Shown in pieces: positions 1-8,134 of a stretch of DNA of 13,565 bases. Source of the DNA: Seison nebaliae (lineage: Eukaryota). A program made the translations under genes and the position numbers. Each line of letters opens with the position of its first letter. Within the stretch, counting starts at the first letter, position 1. The DNA lies in assembly GCA_023231475.1 (NCBI GenBank), contig JALJEE010003011.1:1-13565 (forward strand), written 5' to 3'. A model generated the notes under the pieces. The model did not search any database. It worked only from the letters and a program-made list of their open reading frames with translations, and was not told the origin of the DNA.

Positions 1-1
1 C

Positions 2-133
2 AACGTAGAAAACCAAATTCCATACGAGATCAAACAATCGGCAAGAGAACTGAAAGATACATTGGAGAAGAAGGACTACTACCAATACGAAGAAATGAAG
101 AAAAATATCAAAAGAAGAAGTATTGACATGTAG
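2..133 (+). CDS. 3' end of a coding exon, open to the window start; translates to ...NVENQIPYEIKQSARELKDTLEKKDYYQYEEMKKNIKRRSIDM*, which is charged and coiled-coil-like; product unknown
   Basis: Frame 2 is open from the window edge to TAG at 131-133 and gives a protein-like charged heptad-type peptide. Caveat: the segment is purine-rich, so stop codons are rare in any frame, and frame 1 is open too. I could not recognise any homology. Confidence 0.25.
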   Translation, partial: NVENQIPYEIKQSARELKDTLEKKDYYQYEEMKKNIKRRSIDM

Positions 134-1185
134 AAAAATAATAACAAATACAAAATGTCAAAAACTCAACTAATTTATTTATCACATTTATCATTTATCA
201 CATTTATTTACTCACATTGTCAGTCTTTGAGGTTCTATTTTTTTTTTAAATAAAACGCGTATTGCATCTATAACATTTCACTTAGCACACATCATAATTC
301 CTCAGTTTTGTAAAAACAAAGGAAATAAAATTAATTAAACTTTCAAAATTTTTTGGGGATTAATCTTAATTGTTTTAGATTTTTAAAAATAAGGTATACA
401 ATCAAATGTAGAATTCGCAAATTAGCTAAACAAATCTGAGTATCAATGGTTATACGTAGTATTAAGTAGGTTAAATGGACCATAATTCTTCGTGAATTTA
501 TATGCTACTCTAACTAGAACTTTCTTTCGTATTAAAAAAGTGATTAAAATTAAAAATTAACGATTTCTAGCATATAGAATAGAACTGAATGATTTGAATC
601 ACAGATCAAATGAATAAGTTCTGGATAATTTCTAACAATTAAACGGTGTTTAATTCAGAAACTTTATTTACAATTTAAATACGACCAACTTTGGATTAAC
701 AAATTTTGATATCAGAAATAGTCGATCGGAAATAACAAATAATATAGTTAGTTCAAAAAGATGTATAAACATTATATATATTTGTTTATAATTCAGTATA
801 TACATATAATGTATAGATACTCACAAATACTCAAAATTGCCGTCGGGATAAACTTGAAAAAAGAGAAAAAATATTATATGTGCAGATTTATAGCTTATTC
901 GGTCTTTCTGTTTTTTAAACCAGATATTTGTCATTTTGTTATTTGGCGAAAATTAAGTCAACTATTTTAGTGTACGTTATTTTTAATATATTCTATAATT
1001 ATTCCCTTTTATTTGGCGGGAGTTCGAAATAAAATCAGACTACTTTTTGGAAGAAAGTTAATTCTCATTGTAGATTTAGTTTTCTAAATATTTCAACAGC
1101 ATTTAATTTTATCTATGACACTATATTGGAATATGAACCATTTGGTCTTTGACCTCATTCAGAAAAAATTATATAAAATTTGCAG

Positions 1186-1457
1186 ATACCGCGTTCGCTT
1201 ATGAGAAACAATTAGGCGATTATTCTGAAGGTTTCGGGATGGACTCAAATAATTATTTTCTTGGGAATAAATTTCTGAATCAACTTAGTGAGATTTGGTC
1301 ATTGCGTGTAGAATTTTTCTTAAATTATCCCTCTTCTGTCATATATTATGAATACGACGGTTGTACTTTTGGGAAGAAGGGAGGTGGATATGTAGCGAAA
1401 CTTGGGAATAGAGTCGCAGGGCAAAATGACGGAGTTCCAAGCCTGAAAACTTGTCCT
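1186..1457 (+). pseudogene. Fibrinogen-related domain (FReD/FBG)-like exon that appears truncated; the C-terminal half of the domain is absent, so it is probably a pseudogene or gene fragment
   Basis: It lies within ORF 1149..1610. The translation TAFAYEKQLGDYSEGFGMDSNNYFLGNKFLNQLSEIWSLRVEF...YYEYDGCTFGKKGGGYVAKLGNRVAGQNDGVPSL matches, from memory, the central FReD pattern (AYKQGFG...EFWLGN...LT...ELRVDL...Y.L.LG...GDSL) seen in ficolin, tenascin and angiopoietin. It is preceded by a TTTGCAG acceptor-like site ending at 1185 and followed by a GTAAAT donor-like site at 1458. The expected downstream FReD motifs (NCA...GGWW...C..SNLNG.Y) are not found in any frame up to 1900. Confidence 0.4.
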
Positions 1458-1835
1458 GTAAATAAACCTCCAATACATAGAAGTCCATTTGTAATCCATG
1501 GAGTTTATGGTTTTTGGGGAACGTGCTATATTCCTTTTTTTCAGTATATATTTCTTCGAACTGACATACAACGTCTGACGATGCATATCAAAATTGATTT
1601 CCCATATTAACATGTTCATGAATCTAAATCTTACTTTTATTCCAAACTTTTTCTTTTTTACTTTTATTTATCAATTATAATTGATTCTCAAATGATTTTA
1701 AGACTACTTTTTTCTTTTTTACTACAAGGTTTGTACGTCAAACAAACTTACGTCCGTGAATATAACCCATCGTTTGTGTTCTATTATATAATTTTCTCGT
1801 TGGCTTTTCATCAATTCTTTATATTTTCACATAAT

Positions 1836-1875
1836 TTATACGATTTTTTGAATTATACGATTTATACGATTTGAA
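1836..1875. repeat. Short tandem/interspersed repeat TTATACGATTT(TTT)GAA with three copies (about 1836-1852, 1853-1861 and 1862-1875). It duplicates the junction where the adjacent tRNA-like element is truncated.
   Basis: Direct reading gives ...tttatacgattttttgaa ttatacgat ttatacgatttgaaccc.... The unit contains CGATTTGAA, which is the reverse complement of the tRNA T-loop TTCAAATCG. Confidence 0.6.
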
Positions 1876-1943
1876 CCCTTGACTTAAGGATGTCTATAAT
1901 TATCTCCTACAGTCCTCCGCTCTACCAACTGAGCTATCGCGTG
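1868..1943 (-). tRNA. tRNA-Tyr(GTA)-like element with a canonical intron just 3' of the anticodon. It is truncated at its 3' end (3' T-stem strand, acceptor 3' strand and CCA-proximal end are missing), so it is likely a pseudogene or fragment.
   Basis: The reverse complement reads CACGCGA TA GCTC AGTTGGTA GAGC G GAGGA CTGTAG-(about 14-15 nt intron AGATAATTATAGAC)-A TCCTT AAGTC AAGGG TTCAAATC. Every arm up to the T-loop matches the eukaryotic tRNA-Tyr consensus as recalled from human tRNA-Tyr-GTA. After the T-loop the sequence continues GTATAAATCG instead of CCCTT plus an acceptor 3' strand. Confidence 0.55.
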
Positions 1944-2217
1944 ACATAATTATTTGATTTAAAATTCTTAAAAATTAAATTTTATTATTTATTCCAAATG
2001 AATTAAAAAATAGATTTGATAATATTTCGTGTCGATTAGGAATATGGGATAAGTTATAAAATTAGGTAATTATTAAAATCGAATGTAAATGTTCAATTAC
2101 TGTATAAAATGTTCACATGAATTTCATTAGAATTCAAGTGATACAATTCAGTAGAATAAATTGTTCAATTGTTTCTTTATAAATACAAATTAGACTAGAA
2201 AATATATTGAAGAAGGA

Positions 2218-4362
2218 TCAATTGGAATAAGAATGTTTTGATTGATCGTAATGATTTGGAATATCATAATGAAACTGACTAGAGGAGACGAAAGGTGATG
2301 GTTTGGTAGAGACCGAATTATGAGACCTTTCCATCATTGAAACTCTTCCGTTTCTGTTTGGTTCAAGTAATGATACCGAAGGAATCGGTGAAGATGATAA
2401 TGGTAAGAATGACGGTGGAATTTGTGAAGAATATTGAAATTGATCATTTGTGGGTGTTAAGAAATAGTTGTGTGAATCGGTTGCATCACTTAAATTGAGA
2501 GTGGAGGATGATAATGAAGTCGGTGTGATCTGACCATAACAATGTGAATGACATGGACATCGATCAATTTCTTCTTTCGAACTTTGTAGTGTATTCAGCA
2601 GATTGAGAAGTAATTCGTCATTATAGATTAATGAATTGTTGAAGGTATTCTCATCATTCAATGAATCGATTCGATCATTATCATCTTCATTCCAATGCTG
2701 TTGAAATTTATTTAAATTATATGGATTATGAGTCGAATTGAAAATCGTTGTAGGAACATCGTCCAACAAAGATATTGGTGTCTGATAGAAAGTTTGATCA
2801 ATTGTTGACTTCGATAACATGTCACTATGGAAACTGTTAGTACTTCGACGAGCCTCATTCGCCGCTACCTGTCCGATAGTATAATTGGGAATACAATAAG
2901 TTGATTCTTTCGAGAATGATGAAGATAAAGAGAATTTTGATGATTTCTTCGATCTATTTTTCCTCCACATATTCGACAAAGTCAAATAAGATGTCAACGA
3001 ATTCAAATGACTATTTAATGGAATGGAAGATAATCGTTGAAAATAATTACTATGGAATGTTCGATTTCGTCGATTTTTCATCAAATTATCTTTCTTCCAA
3101 TTTAATGTAGATGTAGTCGCGATAGACGACGATAAATTTGTCGGCATTATCGATGACGTTTGCAATTGAGTTGAATTCTTCAATGTTTCCGCATCAAACC
3201 AAATCCAATCAGTATCCTCTTCGTTTTTCTTCTTTTTCTTCTTATCGGAATTCGTTCCAATCTCTTCATTCTTTTTATTCTTATTCCGATTACCTGTATC
3301 AATTGATTCATTAATTATTGGCAACTCTAATTGTTGTTTCGTTGTTTCATCAAAATACTTCACCACAACTAATTGTTGTTGTTCATTTGGTAGATGTTTG
3401 TCTAATATATCGTTCTCATTATTACCATCATCTTTCTCCATCATCTGATCCACCTCAACATTACTATTAGGATTGACCTCAACAAACATCTTCTTCGAAT
3501 TATTTCTTTTCGGTTGAAGTCGTTGGAAAATGAAATTTGACGATTTGTTTCTTCTAAATTCCTTCAATTTTCCGTTTTGCATAGTAATGAAACATGTTGC
3601 AAAGAAGGCACTCAACGCCATCATCATTAGAATACTGATGACGAAAAGAATTGCAAAATAAACTTGCTCTTTCAAATGACGATATTTCTTCTTCACCGTC
3701 TTCCGAGAAGGATCTATCATGCTCGTTAGATGACTATTTTTATCATTATTATTCTTATCAAATTTATTATCAATTTCCGTATGAGATATTAATTCATTAT
3801 TGAATTTATTATTCGGTTCGAAATGGAATCCATTGACTTTTTCGGCATCTGCCATCATTTGGTTTTCATGGAAATTTCTCCGTTTTTCTATTTTATGTCG
3901 TTTGAGTGTGTTATAATATTTATGGAATTTAATAGGATTACTTTCCATTCCACTTCTCGAATTGACGATTAATGGCAAACGAGTCGATATTGAGAGAGGT
4001 ATCTGATCATACCATCGATATGGTGTAGTATAATTGAAATTTTTATCATCGATTCGTCTCAAACTCGAATTGGAATTCACTAAATTTAAACTTAACTTAT
4101 TTCCTTCCACAATTTTATCATCTTCCAAAAATATCGTCAAATTCTGACCAAATATCATTTGTTTCATATTTCGACAATTTCTGTATATTCTCAATTGAAC
4201 ATAAAAAATGTTGGAGATATTCAATTGAAACGACGCCATTCCATTTGTTTCAAACAAATATGAACTTGTCGGTTTCTTTATCGGAATTATTTTCAACTCA
4301 TTCCTAAAATTATTCCATTGTTGGAGATTACTCACTGAATTATCCGAAGTCTTCACGAACAC
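2218..4362 (-). CDS. Large terminal coding block of an orphan single-pass membrane protein. It has about 240 aa with many N-x-S/T sequons, then one predicted TM helix (VYFAILFVISILMMMALSAFFATCFI), then a roughly 440-aa Ser/Asn/Lys-rich low-complexity cytoplasmic tail. It is likely the last exon of the gene spanning 2218..6673.
   Basis: There is a 714-codon ORF ending in TGA at 2218-2220. The hydrophobic 26-residue segment is the only TM candidate, and a poly-Lys plus acidic stretch follows it. The listed GTG 'start' at 4362 is an artefact, and the frame is open upstream to the TAA at 4384-4386. I could not recognise a domain. Confidence 0.55.
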   Translation of the reverse strand: MFVKTSDNSVSNLQQWNNFRNELKIIPIKKPTSSYLFETNGMASFQLNISNIFYVQLRIYRNCRNMKQMIFGQNLTIFLEDDKIVEGNKLSLNLVNSNSSLRRIDDKNFNYTTPYRWYDQIPLSISTRLPLIVNSRSGMESNPIKFHKYYNTLKRHKIEKRRNFHENQMMADAEKVNGFHFEPNNKFNNELISHTEIDNKFDKNNNDKNSHLTSMIDPSRKTVKKKYRHLKEQVYFAILFVISILMMMALSAFFATCFITMQNGKLKEFRRNKSSNFIFQRLQPKRNNSKKMFVEVNPNSNVEVDQMMEKDDGNNENDILDKHLPNEQQQLVVVKYFDETTKQQLELPIINESIDTGNRNKNKKNEEIGTNSDKKKKKKNEEDTDWIWFDAETLKNSTQLQTSSIMPTNLSSSIATTSTLNWKKDNLMKNRRNRTFHSNYFQRLSSIPLNSHLNSLTSYLTLSNMWRKNRSKKSSKFSLSSSFSKESTYCIPNYTIGQVAANEARRSTNSFHSDMLSKSTIDQTFYQTPISLLDDVPTTIFNSTHNPYNLNKFQQHWNEDDNDRIDSLNDENTFNNSLIYNDELLLNLLNTLQSSKEEIDRCPCHSHCYGQITPTSLSSSTLNLSDATDSHNYFLTPTNDQFQYSSQIPPSFLPLSSSPIPSVSLLEPNRNGRVSMMERSHNSVSTKPSPFVSSSQFHYDIPNHYDQSKHSYSN

Positions 4363-4386
4363 AAATTGATTTAATTTCTTTTTTTA

Positions 4387-4623
4387 AGGAAAAATTGACA
4401 GATTTTTAGAAATTTTAAAAGAAACTTGATGAATTGTCAGTTTTCTATTATAACTGAATTCCATTTGGAAATTTTTAATGAAAAAACTTATTTCTTCACT
4501 TTTCAATAATTTGTAATTGATCGAAGAAAACCATTTCTGTCTCACATCTATCACTGTAACTGGACGATCAGATACATCAACGACGATCGATCCCATCGTA
4601 TGTTCGTTGTTGAAACTTTTCAA
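4387..4623 (-). CDS. Possible short internal exon of the same gene. It is in the same frame as the 2218..4362 block and separated from it only by a single TAA, and it is immediately preceded by an AATAG acceptor-like site.
   Basis: The ORF begins MKSFNNEHTMGSIVVDVSDRPVTVIDVRQKWF... and its listed 'start' is TTG at 4623 directly after ...ggaaatag. The 21 nt between the TAA (4384-4386) and 4362 are open in the same frame. Confidence 0.3.
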
Positions 4624-4838
4624 CTATTTCCATCAAAACGACACCAAAAAATTTCATGAAAAATATTTTCATTAAAGAAAATTTCATTGAAAAAAATGAC
4701 TAACAATGAATGAACTTTTCCCGTTACGTAATCCTTCAACAGTATTCAGTTTGTTGTTGATTCTTATTATCTCTCCATCGGAAACGGTTAATGAATCCTT
4801 TCCATGTTCGGTAACATCAAAAAATTCATTTCTATTTG

Positions 4839-5832
4839 TTAAATTTTCCTCAAAGTCTTTTTAAAAAAAAAATGTAGAGGTTTTTTTTTGAAATAATTTA
4901 TGCACTGACTTTGTTGGTTTATCGAAATGAATTGTGCAAAGATTCTAAAGGAACTCGATTGATAAGATGAATGAGAAGATCGACAGAATTGATTCCTGAG
5001 ATAAAATAATGATGAATAAATTTGATTGAAAATAAATAGTAACCATCGAACGAGATTCAATGTTGGATCGTCGATCATTAGAAGGAATGGAATTCTGGGT
5101 TCGAAAATTTTCAAAAGAATTTTACTTGAATCTACATTCTCTTTTTGTATGATGAATTTTGGAGTTTTGAAAATTTGTTTATTTGGTTGCAATTTCTTTA
5201 AGAATTTGTTGGTGAAATAAGTTTGTAGATTTTCGTTTCCATTAAAATAGAATCGACTACAATCACTTCGGACATGTACTCGATTCTCGTTAGAGATTGA
5301 ACAAAAAATTTTTTCTTTTCTTCTTTCTTGGAAAGAAAGATATTTGAATTGATCGTCATTCGTTAAGGAGAATAGATGAATTGGATATTCATCGATTATA
5401 CCATTGATGACAGCTAGATTAATTAAAGGAAATGGTAAATATTCGATGAATGTCCTATGTTTAGTGTTGATCAATTGGAACGGAATTTTGATGGTAGTCG
5501 AATATTGTCTAGTGAAAGTGATATGAATTAAAGAGACAATGGAAATATTTAAAATAGAAGAATGAAACTTTTTCTCCGACCAATCTCGTCGACCAAATGA
5601 TACTTGAAATTTGAGAAAACGAGTTTTTCGATAATCCGTCTGATTATTCGATTGAAATTGGAAAATGAAAGCGAAATCGATGTCGGATGAACATTGTGAA
5701 GATAATTGGAAATTAGTATCATTTTCATAAATTGTAATAATTCTCGAATTCTTATCATTATCTTTCACAATTTGAAATAAACAATTAATTTCCATTTGAA
5801 CGAAATTCATGTTATCCAATGACGAATTGAAT
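4839..5832 (-). CDS. Second coding block (exon 2) of the membrane-protein gene, an Asn/Ser/Phe/Ile-rich extracellular region. The 5' boundary is set by the AATAG acceptor at 5833-5834. The 3' end is shown as the ORF stop (TAA 4839-4841), but a splice donor upstream of that stop is likely.
   Basis: The ORF is open from 5948 to 4839 on the minus strand. The frame joins exon 1 across a 44-nt GTATAT...TTTAATAG intron (details in findings). It ends ...FFKKTLRKI*. Confidence 0.45.
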
Positions 5833-5876
5833 CTATTAAAGGAAAAATGTAAAAAACAATTCTTCAGAAAATATAC
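5833..5876 (-). other. Candidate 44-nt spliceosomal intron (GTATATTTTCTGAAGAATTGTTTTTTACATTTTTCCTTTAATAG) joining the 5864..6673 and 4839..5819 ORF frames
   Basis: The donor GTATAT is at 5876-5871 (minus) and the acceptor has a pyrimidine-rich tract plus AATAG ending at 5833. Removing it joins ...TTC GA|A TTC AAT TCG..., read as ...KFE|E-FNSSLDNMNFVQ..., with the stop TGA (5864-5866) excised and the two different frames reconciled. The intron sequence itself has no frame constraint. Confidence 0.4.
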
Positions 5877-6673
5877 TCGAACTTGAATTGAATGAGATTG
5901 AATGAAGTTAATTGAAATTTCTTTATACGAATAATCAGTCGGACAACGTCATTCGTTTTCAACATTTGAGTCGTTAATAAACAGTTGAATAAAAGTTTCG
6001 ATGATGATTGTGATGATTGTTTTATATGTTGTTTGGCTATTATTCTCCTGTTGATTTTCATCAATTTTTCTTCGTCGATCTCTATCGAACGGAATTTCTT
6101 CCATTTCGTTGATTCATGCATTCGTCGAAAACGATAATGGATATTCAATTTCTCATATTTTTTCCTGATCAATCTTAATGGAATTCTTAAATGACAATAA
6201 TAAATGTTGGATAATAATCGTTTGTCATCCAGTTCATCAGAAATCATTTGCCAATTTTGACACTTCAATAAATTGCGTGATTCCTCATATTTCAATTGAA
6301 TTTGAATATTAGAATTGATGGTAGTGAAAAAGACGATGTGGAGGAATTTCGTCCACTTCGTCACTTTCTTATTCAATAATCTGACTTGAATGTTGGAAAT
6401 GGATGATTGGAATGATGGATATTTTCCATCATTCATCAAATTGACGGGAAATGATTTGAAATTAATATCAGAATTAATCGTTAACGAATTATTAATTGTT
6501 TCGTTAAAACCGTTTTTGATGAGATAATATTCTCGTTGGAACTTCCTTTGTGATAATGACGTCATTAATGGAAATGCAGGTTTCGACAATTTTTCGGGTG
6601 TCATTATTGGAAAGATATTTAGAGTAAATACAATCCGAAAATGGAATAAAAATATTAAAATTTTCATTATCAT
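5877..6673 (-). CDS. First coding exon of the membrane-protein gene. A genuine ATG (6673, with a second ATG at 6667) sits in an A-rich context (gcgaaaATGa). The N-terminus MIMKILIFLFHFRIVFTLNIFPIMTPEKL is signal-peptide-like, followed by an Asn/Ser-rich secreted or extracellular region.
   Basis: This is ORF 5864..6673 on the minus strand. The start codon was checked as ATG (+ strand 'cat' at 6671-6673) and the N-terminus has a hydrophobic h-region. The exon end is placed at the GTATAT donor. Confidence 0.5.
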
Positions 6674-6940
6674 TTTCGCAAATTTATTGAAATTTGAAAA
6701 TTGTTAGAAATATGATTTGATTCTTTTTGTGAATTATGAAATTGATTGATTTATCGAAGATGATTGTAATGGAAGAATTTCATGAATACGAACAATTATC
6801 AGACATTACTCGACTGTGAAGAAAGAGATGTTGAATGAACGATTTCCAGGGAAAACGGAAAACGGAACAATAATAATTGTAAATTAATAAATTTGTACAA
6901 ATTGAGATTTAGTTTGATAAATGTTGTGAGATGGAAAGGA

Positions 6941-7006
6941 AATGATTATGTGATTTGATATGGTTTGGATAAAATGTTTAATGATTGAATTTGATGGTTT
7001 GGGATG
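6941..7006. repeat. Imperfect tandem duplication of about 30-37 nt: AATGATT-ATGTGATTTGATATGGTTTGGAT and AATGATT-GAATTTGAT-GGTTTGGGAT
   Basis: Direct reading. It is embedded in a C-depleted, G/A/T-only stretch of the + strand. Confidence 0.5.
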
Positions 7007-8097
7007 GAGGGAGAAGCGGAATCTAATTGATTTGATTAGTCGATTGCTCAATTTGACGTATGGAACAGGACGGAAACTGAAGTCCAGCCATAAGCAATTG
7101 TAATTTAGAGTAATTTGGAGTGGAATTGCATGTCTGAGTTGAAAATAATAATGTTTTTTACCTAATTATATTCCTGCCAGTGTATGTCATCAGCACGGAA
7201 TATTTATGTGCATTTCTAAATGAAAATAAATAGAGAAACTGGATGAGATGATCGGGGAATGTTTTGGTGTGACACCAACAAACACCAATGGTGTCATTAA
7301 AGATTAGAAGTGAATTATTGGTAGGAGATTATGTCAATTTTCCATATTTTGTGGTGTGACGGAAAATGATATGATTGATTGAGACTACAGGTATATCGGA
7401 AAGTCGGAGATTGAATGAGAATTAAGTAAATGGATGAGGAGAAGAAAGATAAGATGGAGTGGTGAAATAATGGGAGTATTAGGTAAGGAGTAAGAAAGGA
7501 AAAGTGAATGATGTGTTGTAACAGCTGATTTCCTTCTTTTACATGAATATCGCATTAAATGGTATTAAATCTCCATAGTAATGATAGTTGATCGATATCG
7601 ATATATTTGTGCATTTTGATGGTGAACAGCTCGAGTGTATGTGACATATAATTATGGTATTCCTTTTATCAGATGCTGTGCGTCTCTGATGAGTGTATGG
7701 GAGAGACATTAAATATTTCGTGCTCAACTGACAGAGAACTATGTGTGTGAGAAAGAGTGAAAGAGAGAGAAAATAATTTAAAATGAGAAACTGTCCATAC
7801 GCAACATAACTTACAGTGTCATCGTCTGACAGAAAATCAATATGAAGTAATGAGAGCGACTAATATTATGGAGGAATTACCGTCAAAAAATCTCGCTTTT
7901 GACCACAAGATAATTTATATTAAGTAATTTATTACTTGTACAACGTGAGGTTGGAGAAGCATCTCATTCCGAAATGAATGGAGCGGATACTATATTAAAT
8001 TGGAAAAGGAAACAATTGATCTTTCTTACACGAAATGATCGATGGAAATGTTCGTAACACCCAGATGAGTGGGAATTATGCACGAACAACATGATTA

Positions 8098-8134
8098 TTT
8101 TTCTTCTTCTTCTTCTTCTTCTCCTTCTTCTTCC
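8098..8134. repeat. (TTC)n microsatellite, about 7 perfect units then CC TTC TTC TTC C; this reads (GAA)n on the minus strand
   Basis: Direct reading gives tttttcttcttcttcttcttcttctccttcttcttcc. Confidence 0.9.

Noticed and set aside
761-970. + strand ORF 761-970 (69 aa; MYKHYIYLFIIQYIHIMYRY...)
   Set aside because: It is an extremely AT-rich, low-complexity Tyr/Ile/Phe translation typical of non-coding AT-rich sequence, with no start context or homology.
1320-1619. Minus-strand ORF 1320-1619 (99 aa)
   Set aside because: It is antisense to the FReD-like reading frame, which has recognisable homology, and shows no protein-like features.
1868-1943. Calling the tRNA-Tyr element a functional tRNA gene
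   Set aside because: After the T-loop the sequence is GTATAAATCG rather than the 3' T-stem strand (CCCTT) and the acceptor 3' strand (TCGCGTG). No complete cloverleaf can be formed, so it is reported as a truncated, pseudogene-like element.
2901-3110. + strand ORF 2901-3110, and likewise 5026-5220 (+) and 5549-5758 (-)
   Set aside because: They are short ORFs inside or antisense to the long minus-strand membrane-protein coding blocks and are expected by chance in AT-rich DNA.
4624-4838. Tiny-intron solution for the exon2-exon3 gap
   Set aside because: The frame of 4839-5819 has no phase-0 GT near its 3' end, and a TAG lies immediately upstream of 4623 in the downstream frame. The nearest phase-0 donor (GTTCGA at about 5051) is non-canonical. 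I could not derive a convincing junction by eye, so it is left unresolved rather than asserted.
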